Part shown: positions 56,009 to 62,706 of the stretch, piece by piece
How the letters are laid out: every line of letters starts with the position of its first letter
Position numbering within the stretch: the stretch's first letter is position 1
Origin: an uncultured Gemmatimonadota bacterium
Lineage (GTDB): Bacteria > GCA-2686955
Length of the DNA: 62,706 nucleotides
Reading direction: 5' to 3'
Assembly (NCBI GenBank): GCA_964490075.1
Contig: CAZBBK010000033.1
Location: forward strand, 1 to 62,706
Made by a program: the position numbers and the translations under genes
The notes under the pieces: generated by a model
What the model was told of the DNA's origin: nothing
Seen by the model: only the letters and a program-made list of their open reading frames with translations
Databases searched by the model: none

Positions 56009-59000
56009 TGCGGGCGCGTCAGAGTCCCCGCCTCGCTCTCGCTCGCCAGGCGCCGCTCGCCTGCTCCGTCCTGCTCTCGATCGCCGCCCCCGAGCCGGCG
56101 CAGGGCGATGTGATCGGTGTCCCCTCCGACTACCCGACGATCCAGGGAGCGATCGAGGTAGCGGCGGATGGCGATGTGGTCCTGGTCGACCCGGGGAGCT
56201 ACCCGGAGCAGGGCGTCCGCTTCCTGGGCAAGGCGATCACCGTCACCGGAACCGCGCCGGACGACTCCGCCGTGGTGGCGGCCACGATCGTCGACGGCGG
56301 GGGGCAGGGAACGGTCTTCCTCTTCGACGGCGGCGAGGGGGAGCAGAGCCTGCTCCAGGGGATCACGATCACGGGGGGGCGCGCGGCGCCCTGGCCGGGC
56401 AACCACGGGGGCGGCGTCACCTGTCGCCCCGCGGCGCGGCCGACCCTTTCCCACTGCATCATTCGCGACAACGTGTCGGAGTCGAGCGGCGGCGGGGTGC
56501 GCTGCTTCGAGGCCGATCCTCTGCTGCGACACTGCATCCTGCAGGGCAACAGCGCGGCGTTCGAGGGCGGGGGCGTCTACTGCGACGCCAGCAGCGCCGA
56601 GCTCTACGACTGCAGGATCCTGGCGAACTCGGCGCTCTACGGTGGCGGCGTCTCCGCGCTCTGGGGAGGCACGCCGGTCCTGCTCGACTGCGAGCTACGC
56701 GCCAACCGGGCGTGGCGGGACGGCGGTGGGATGACCGCCGCCCAGGCGGCGACGCCCTGGGTCGAGCGCAGCATCTTCACCCTCAACGAGGCGGGCGCGG
56801 CGGGAGGGGCGCTCGAGACCGATGGCGGCTGGACCACACCCACGCTCCGCTCCTGTGTCTTCGAGGCGAACCGGGCCGAGTACGGCGGCGCGGTCGCGGC
56901 CTACGATCGTTCGAAGCCCAGCCTCGAGGAGTGCCTATTCGAGCGCAACTCCGCCGCCTCGGGTGGGGCCGCCTGGAGCAGCGGCGTCTGGAGGGACGGC
57001 GATATCGAGTTCCTCCGATGCACCTTCCTGGAGAACCGCGCCGACGGTGGAGGAGGCGCGGCGGCGATCAATGGGGACGCCACCTTCACCCACTGCACGC
57101 TGGTGGCGAACGTGGCCGGCGGCGGCGGTGGTGGGATCAGTGCGGCCCGCTACGCCGACGTCGCGATCCGTTCCTGCATTCTCTGGCGCAATCTGCCGGA
57201 CGATCTGAATAGCCAACCCGAGGGCTTCGCCGTTCGCCACTCCGATCTGCGCGGCACGTGGGCGGGTGAGGGCAATATCTTCGCCGATCCTCTCTTCTGC
57301 GACGCCCCCTGCGGCATCTTCGCCGATTTGGCGCTGGCGACCGACTCCCCCTGTTTGGGGACGGGGGAAGGCGGCTCCGACATGGGGAGCCGGGGGTGGG
57401 GCTGCGACGAGCCGGCGCTCGGGGAAGCGCGCGTGTTCCGCGTCCCCTTGGACCACGCCACCATCCAGGCGGCGATCGACGTTTCCTGCGACGGCGACAC
57501 GGTCATCGTGGAGCCGGGCACCTACCTCGAGCACGACATCGACCTCCAGGGCCGTCGCATCACGGTGCGCGGCACCGCCCCCGAAGATTCGGCAACCGTC
57601 GCGGCCACCGTCGTGGATGGGGGCCTGCTGGGCACGGTATTCGTCATCGGCGGGCCCGCCGACTCGACCACCCTCCTCACCGGCCTGACGATCCGCGGCG
57701 GTCTCGCGGGAGAGGACGAGGGCGGAGGCATCACGATATCGGCCGTCGAACCTCCGACGATCCGCGGCTGCGTGATCGAGGGCAACTCGGCGTCGCGCGG
57801 CGGTGGAGTGCTGGTCCGGGAGGGATCCGCTCTGATCGAGGAGTGCGAGCTTCGCGGCAACGTCGCGACCAGCCGTGGCGGAGCGGTGGCGGCCGACGCC
57901 TCCGGCCTGCGGATGCAGCGCTGCACGATCGAAGGCAATACGAGCCTCGACGACGGCGGCGGTGTCGCCCTTTTCCTGAGCTACGGGCTTCCCGATGGGT
58001 GGGCGGAGATCGAACAGAGCGTGATCACCGGCAACCAGGCCCAGGGCGGCAGCGGCGGCGGCGTGTGGATCGACTCCTACGGCTCCAGCGCCATTCGAAA
58101 GTGTCGTGTGGATGAGAACCTCGCCGCGGCCGCGGGTGGTGGCGTGTACGTCGGCCGCGGCGCCGTCGTCATCGAAGGCTCGCGCTTCCGCGCCAACTCC
58201 ACGTCGACCACTGGTGGCGCGATCTATGGGAGCAACTCGTCCGAGATCGAGATGCTGCGCTGCCACCTGATCGAGAACTTGGCCCAGGTCGATGGCGGCG
58301 GCGCCCGGATCGAGGGGGGGCGGGTCGACTCCGTGTTGGTCCAGGGCAACAGCGCCGGTGGCAACGGCGGGGGGCTCTGGCTCGAGGGTGGCCTGCACGC
58401 GTTGCTCGATTTTCGGGGGAACACGGCCGGCGGTCGCGGCGGAGGACTCTACCTGTGGCAGGCCACCGTCTCCCACAGTCGACTCGAGGGCAACGAGAGC
58501 GCCGGGCGGGGCGGGGGCGCTTACTCGCACTACTCCGATCTCGTGCGTTGCGAAATCGTCGGCAACACCGCCGGGACGGTGGGCGGTGGAGTGTGCATGA
58601 ATGCCGGCGGTGCCACCGCCTGTACCATCATCGAGAACCGCTCCAGCGGGCCGGGCGGCGGGCTCTACTCCGAGTGGCTCGGTCGGCTCGAAAACTGTGT
58701 CGTCGCCGCGAATGAGGCGGACGCGGGTGGGGGGCTTTACTGCGCCGGGCGAGCGGCGACGCTCGTCAACTCCACCTTCGCCGACAACCGTGCCTATGTC
58801 GGAGGCGGGATTTACTACACGAGCACCAGCATATCGGTCGACCCGCCCGTGAACTGCATCCTTTGGCTCAACGCGCACCAGGAGATCCATGTAGCGCAGG
58901 GGGAGCTCGAGGTTGACTACTCCCTGGTGCGCGGCGGCTGGCCGGGGGAGGGGAACCTCGACGCCGACCCACTATTCACCCGGCGCGGCCCGGCAAGCTA

Positions 59001-59325
59001 CCTGCTCCACCCGCGCTCCCCCTGCGTCGACGCCGGCGACCCGGCCGCCAGCGACAGTCTCTGGGACTGGCACCCGCACTGGCCCGAGCAGTACCCGAAC
59101 GGACCGCGCTCGGACATGGGAGCTTACGGGGGCGAGAAGAACTATCTCTGGCTACCGACCGCAGACTCTCTCGGCGTGGCGGATGGCGGCGCCCAGGCCC
59201 GGGCGGCCACCAGCCTCGGTGCCCCCGGAGCCCCCGGCGGCGATTCCTGGAGGTGGTGCACCTCGAGACCGTCTCCCGCAACATCCACGACGTACCGATT
59301 CCCGAGCAGCGCCAGCTCTCCATAG
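56008..59325 (+). CDS. secreted right-handed parallel beta-helix protein with two tandem modules
   Basis: Two VP.D..TIQ.AI..GD.V.V.PG.Y.E starts (~56120 and ~57440); many N.A..GGG repeats; GNIFADPLF/GNLDADPLF; SPCVDAGDP..RSDMGAYGG. Confidence 0.88.
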   Translation: MRARQSPRLALARQAPLACSVLLSIAAPEPAQGDVIGVPSDYPTIQGAIEVAADGDVVLVDPGSYPEQGVRFLGKAITVTGTAPDDSAVVAATIVDGGGQGTVFLFDGGEGEQSLLQGITITGGRAAPWPGNHGGGVTCRPAARPTLSHCIIRDNVSESSGGGVRCFEADPLLRHCILQGNSAAFEGGGVYCDASSAELYDCRILANSALYGGGVSALWGGTPVLLDCELRANRAWRDGGGMTAAQAATPWVERSIFTLNEAGAAGGALETDGGWTTPTLRSCVFEANRAEYGGAVAAYDRSKPSLEECLFERNSAASGGAAWSSGVWRDGDIEFLRCTFLENRADGGGGAAAINGDATFTHCTLVANVAGGGGGGISAARYADVAIRSCILWRNLPDDLNSQPEGFAVRHSDLRGTWAGEGNIFADPLFCDAPCGIFADLALATDSPCLGTGEGGSDMGSRGWGCDEPALGEARVFRVPLDHATIQAAIDVSCDGDTVIVEPGTYLEHDIDLQGRRITVRGTAPEDSATVAATVVDGGLLGTVFVIGGPADSTTLLTGLTIRGGLAGEDEGGGITISAVEPPTIRGCVIEGNSASRGGGVLVREGSALIEECELRGNVATSRGGAVAADASGLRMQRCTIEGNTSLDDGGGVALFLSYGLPDGWAEIEQSVITGNQAQGGSGGGVWIDSYGSSAIRKCRVDENLAAAAGGGVYVGRGAVVIEGSRFRANSTSTTGGAIYGSNSSEIEMLRCHLIENLAQVDGGGARIEGGRVDSVLVQGNSAGGNGGGLWLEGGLHALLDFRGNTAGGRGGGLYLWQATVSHSRLEGNESAGRGGGAYSHYSDLVRCEIVGNTAGTVGGGVCMNAGGATACTIIENRSSGPGGGLYSEWLGRLENCVVAANEADAGGGLYCAGRAATLVNSTFADNRAYVGGGIYYTSTSISVDPPVNCILWLNAHQEIHVAQGELEVDYSLVRGGWPGEGNLDADPLFTRRGPASYLLHPRSPCVDAGDPAASDSLWDWHPHWPEQYPNGPRSDMGAYGGEKNYLWLPTADSLGVADGGAQARAATSLGAPGAPGGDSWRWCTSRPSPATSTTYRFPSSASSP

Positions 59326-61340
59326 GAGTCGCCCCAGCCGGCGGCGGGGCCCAGCAGGGTCACCGGCCCCAGGTCGGCCGGCGCCGCGGGATGGAAGAGA
59401 TCGATCTGGTGCGCCGGGAGCGTGACGCGCTTCGCCAGGACCTGGTCGAGCGGCGTCACCAGCAGGCGCACGTCGGGGAAGACCGGACCGGCGTCGGTCC
59501 GGTAGTCGCGGAGGGCCACTCCCTCGCTGCGCCCCGGACCCGAGAGCCGCCTCACCACCAGGGTGGCCGCCCCCCCGCGGGTGTTGCCTCCGGCGGTCAG
59601 CAGCAGCGAGTCGGAGAGCGCCAGATCGTTGCAGTTGAGCTCGAGCTCGGTGACCTCCACCAGGGCCGGCGCTTGCGGTGTCGCGAGATCCACCGACGCA
59701 ATGACCGATCTGCCGTGCTGACCGCCGCGGGCCTCGTTGCGATAGGCCCGTCCCAGCAGCCACGCGTGGCTGTCGCGGAGCTCCAGCCCCACGGCGTCGA
59801 GTGCATCCCAGCATTCGTAGGGATCGCCGGTCACCGGCACCTCGACCTCTCCCAGCAGGCGTGGGGCGTGCGGGTCGGCGAGGTCCACGGTCGACACCCG
59901 CAGCACGACCTCGCCGCAGTAGTGCCCGCCGCCCCGGATCGCCGCGAGCGCGACCACCGCCAGGTCGCCCTCGATCGCGGCCAACTGCGCGCCCGTGGAA
60001 TCGAGTGTCGCGACCTGCTCGACGGCGGCCGCCGAGGAGACATCGAGGATGTGGAGGTGCGCGCCCTCGGAGGCGACACCGATTCCGTCCGCGCGGAAGG
60101 CGAGCGCCTTGCGGGCGGAGGGATCGGCTTCCCGAGCGCTGGTCCACGAGCCGCCGAGAAGAGGCCGGGCCGGCTCGCCGAGGTCGACGGTCGCGACCAC
60201 GAACGAGTCCTCGCGCGTGACGTAGGCCACCACGGCTAGGGTGTCGTGAGGGAGCTCGAGAGCGTAGGCGGTAGCCTCTCGTCCGAGGGCGATGCGGACC
60301 GGGAAGTCGGTCGCTCCTTGCGGTGGAATCGTCTCCCAGATTCGAAGGTGCTCGTGGCCCCGATCCCCGAGCGCGGTTGCGCCGCGCGAGTAGAGGAGGG
60401 CTCGGTCGCCGCCGAGAAGGGCGACGCGGCTCGCCGCGTTTTCGGCCGAGATCGCCGAGATTGCCGTGTCCGATCCCGTGGTGTAGGTCGCCAGGAGGTG
60501 TGGCGGCGTGTCGTTGGTGGTCGCGAAGCTGCCGGCCAGGAGGGGGGCGCGCAACGAGAGCGTGCCGCGGCCCGAGATGATCCACTGGCCGGCGATGGTC
60601 GGGTTCAGCGGGTCGTCCAGGCGAAGCTGGTAGAGAGGGGATTCCGTGCCGTGGCCGGCCAGCAACGCGAGCAGCGGGCGGTGCGGCTCGAGCGCGAGAC
60701 CTCCGTCCAGGCCAACCTGATAGTGATCCAGGAGCGAATTGGCCAGGGCCGGAGCGTCGGGATCGGCGAGATCGACCACCTGGAGGGCGTCGCGCCAGCT
60801 CCTCACCAGCACGTAGGCGGCGCCGTCCCGTCCCACGACATCGCTGACCTCGTAGGCATCGTCTTGCAGAGCGTCGTAGGTCCCGCGGAGCCGCGGCCAC
60901 CGTGGCTCCGCGATGTCGAAGACCACGAAGCCGCTGATCGTCCTCACCAGAACCAGCTCGTCGACGACGGCGGGCTCGAAGAGCGCTTCCCCACTGTCGG
61001 CGAGGGCGAAGCCGATCAGCTCGCCCTCCGGCGGGCGCGCCTCGACCAGGACGATGCCGTCCCGTCCCCCGGCGTCGAGGCCGGCGACGGCCGCCACGAC
61101 GAGGGGAACCGCTGCGTCCGGGTCCACCAGGGTGACGCCTCGCGTCTCACCCGGAAGTGTGACCTCGGCCACCCAGGGGATCGTTCCCTCGACGCCCACG
61201 TCGGCGACGATCACGCCGCGCTCGGCGGCGAGGAAGGCGTGGTGTCCGGCGACGGCGATCTCCCCCCGGACGCCGTGGAGCGTCGGAGGGTCGGCGGCGG
61301 CGAGTGTCAGGCAGGCGGCGACCGGTGCCAGCGGGGTCAT
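59142..61340 (-). CDS. LVIVD-like repeat protein
   Basis: VFDIAEP, VVDLADP, TVDLGEP, ILDVSS, TVDLADP, SVDLATP; GGAGAG RBS. Confidence 0.78.
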   Translation of the reverse strand: MTPLAPVAACLTLAAADPPTLHGVRGEIAVAGHHAFLAAERGVIVADVGVEGTIPWVAEVTLPGETRGVTLVDPDAAVPLVVAAVAGLDAGGRDGIVLVEARPPEGELIGFALADSGEALFEPAVVDELVLVRTISGFVVFDIAEPRWPRLRGTYDALQDDAYEVSDVVGRDGAAYVLVRSWRDALQVVDLADPDAPALANSLLDHYQVGLDGGLALEPHRPLLALLAGHGTESPLYQLRLDDPLNPTIAGQWIISGRGTLSLRAPLLAGSFATTNDTPPHLLATYTTGSDTAISAISAENAASRVALLGGDRALLYSRGATALGDRGHEHLRIWETIPPQGATDFPVRIALGREATAYALELPHDTLAVVAYVTREDSFVVATVDLGEPARPLLGGSWTSAREADPSARKALAFRADGIGVASEGAHLHILDVSSAAAVEQVATLDSTGAQLAAIEGDLAVVALAAIRGGGHYCGEVVLRVSTVDLADPHAPRLLGEVEVPVTGDPYECWDALDAVGLELRDSHAWLLGRAYRNEARGGQHGRSVIASVDLATPQAPALVEVTELELNCNDLALSDSLLLTAGGNTRGGAATLVVRRLSGPGRSEGVALRDYRTDAGPVFPDVRLLVTPLDQVLAKRVTLPAHQIDLFHPAAPADLGPVTLLGPAAGWGDSYGELALLGNRYVVDVAGDGLEVHHLQESPPGAPGAPRLVAARAWAPPSATPRESAVGSQR

Positions 61341-61385
61341 TCTCTCTCCCTTCGGTTGCGGTGGGCCGTGAAGAAGCGCCTCCTC

Positions 61386-61793
61386 CTAGCGCCCGCAGCA
61401 GCGTTTGTACTTCTTCCCGCTGTTGCACGGGCACGGTGCGTTGCGTGCCCCTCCCGAGCGGGTCGGCGCGTGCTGTATTGCTTCGGATCGCGAGCGCGCA
61501 GTTGGAGCAGGGCCGGCATCGGTCCGAGGTCGATGGGGTGCCAGATCCGGGTACATCTCATGGTGGCGCTGGATCATCGGGAGGAGAACCGAACGCCGAA
61601 AGTCGTCGTACTCCTCGTCATCCATGTCCAGACCGGGTCGCATCTCAGCGAGGCTCTCTTCCCGTTCACCTTCGGGCAACAGAGCGAGATTCCAGCAAAG
61701 CTGGGCAAGCTGAAGAGCCACGTTCATTCGATCATGGGAACCGCCGGAAGCATCCAGCAGCGGTTGAGAGAACTCCGCGAAGGACTCTGCCAT
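61386..61793 (-). CDS. SEC-C metal-binding domain protein
   Basis: C-terminal RNAPCPCNSGKKYKRCCG; N-terminal AEFSQPLLD...CWNLALLP; start uncertain. Confidence 0.88.
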   Translation of the reverse strand: MAESFAEFSQPLLDASGGSHDRMNVALQLAQLCWNLALLPEGEREESLAEMRPGLDMDDEEYDDFRRSVLLPMIQRHHEMYPDLAPHRPRTDAGPAPTARSRSEAIQHAPTRSGGARNAPCPCNSGKKYKRCCGR

Positions 61794-62012
61794 GATGCCC
61801 ACTTCCTGTCTCCTGTCATGAAGGCCCCCCGGTCCACCCATCGACGCGGGCCGATCTGGCTTCTCCATTCCGCCGGCGAATCTGCAGAAGGACGCCAGTG
61901 CGATTCTACACCGCGGCTGGGTGTTCGTCCGCCCCCGGGGTCAGCCCGAGCGCCTTGGTGCTACTTTGTTAGAATCGGGCGGGCGCCCGCGGCTTGGGCC
62001 GTCGTGCAGGCG

Positions 62013-62171
62013 TGGATTCCGGCTTTCGCCGGAATGACGAATAGGGGGCTGATCGTCGAGAGGTGGGCGGCGCGTTCGGCGGAGCCGTGTGCTCCATCCG
62101 CAAGCAGACGCAGCCATCGATCCACCCGTCGACGCCTCCTTCCCCGTCATTCCGGCGAAAGCCGGAATCCA
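62013..62171. repeat. inverted pair of 27-bp REP-like palindromes
   Basis: TGGATTCCGGCTTTCGCCGGAATGACG (62013-62039) is the exact reverse complement of 62145-62171. Confidence 0.88.
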
Positions 62172-62493
62172 GTCCGATCCAACACCAAATCTACCAAAGG
62201 AGAATCAGTGGCGCCGCCCCCACGCCGCCAAAGCCGCGGGAATGCACAGCGCGGTCAATCCGCGCCCCTGACCCGTCTCAGGAGGGCATTTGGGCCTATA
62301 CGCGGTCGATCTGGCAGCCTGGGCCGGGTCAGGCGGTGTTTCTGGCCGCTTTTCGGTCATTCTGCGCGCCTGAGTCGGTTCAGGCCGCCGTTTGCGTCGC
62401 GCTGCACTGCCCGCGCGTCGCCGTTCCCGTCGCGCCGCCCCCGCGCCGCCTCCACGCCCACGCCACCCCCACGCCACGCCCGCCACGGTTCCA

Positions 62494-62589
62494 CCCGAGC
62501 CCGAGCCCGAGCCCTTGCCCGAGCCCCCGCCCTTGCCCGACACCCTTGCCCGAATCGGGCATGGGCATGGGGGCATGGGCATGGGCATG
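62494..62589. repeat. hexamer tandem arrays in inverted orientation, (CCCGAG/CCCTTG)n facing (GGGCAT)n
   Basis: Visible 6-bp periodicity; the arrays are partly self-complementary about GCCCGAATCGGGC. Confidence 0.75.
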
Positions 62590-62706
62590 ATTCGTCATGA
62601 GCCGGGCGCTCCCTGCGCAGAGACCCGCCATATCGAAACCCCAGACCCCCACTGGCGTTTCGATATAGCGCGGCAAGCCAAGCGCCGTGCCGTCTCATTG
62701 ACGAGG

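Overview
A GC-rich (roughly 70% by eye) bacterial chromosomal segment, probably a whole contig: it starts in a poly-G run and both ends carry copies of the same palindromic repeat. Taxonomy cannot be fixed from the sequence; the GltX insertion and the secreted-protein repertoire resemble Planctomycetota or related uncultured lineages (inference). Housekeeping genes (gltX, a TGS-less thrS, AmpG-like MFS, ABC-2 exporter, enoyl-CoA hydratase, flavin reductase, NYN-LOTUS protein) sit among many secreted enzymes and repeat proteins. These include three S8 proteases, two Thr-type sulfatase-like proteins, an alkaline-phosphatase-family enzyme, a PHP hydrolase, and Asp-box, LVIVD and beta-helix proteins. 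Most notable: (1) a cytoplasmic TPR-CHAT protease / zinc-finger anti-sigma-TPR / ECF sigma triad at 29381-34106 with a candidate Arg-Gly cleavage site, whose sigma gene is frameshifted; (2) a candidate ~215-nt sRNA at ~18090-18310 with a promoter, CCUA repeats and a strong terminator; (3) an isolated ygeW-ygeY-like pair in an unusual operon; (4) a GH106-like protein that appears to have lost its catalytic acids; (5) a nucleotidyltransferase plus small partner in a more AT-rich islet with a deleted DUF433/PIN toxin-antitoxin remnant; (6) a 24.2-29.8 kb zone of genes decayed by internal deletions around an intact thrS; (7) structured intergenic repeats. No CRISPR array, tRNA, rRNA or intact transposase was seen. 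Family assignments come from recalled motifs, not database searches.
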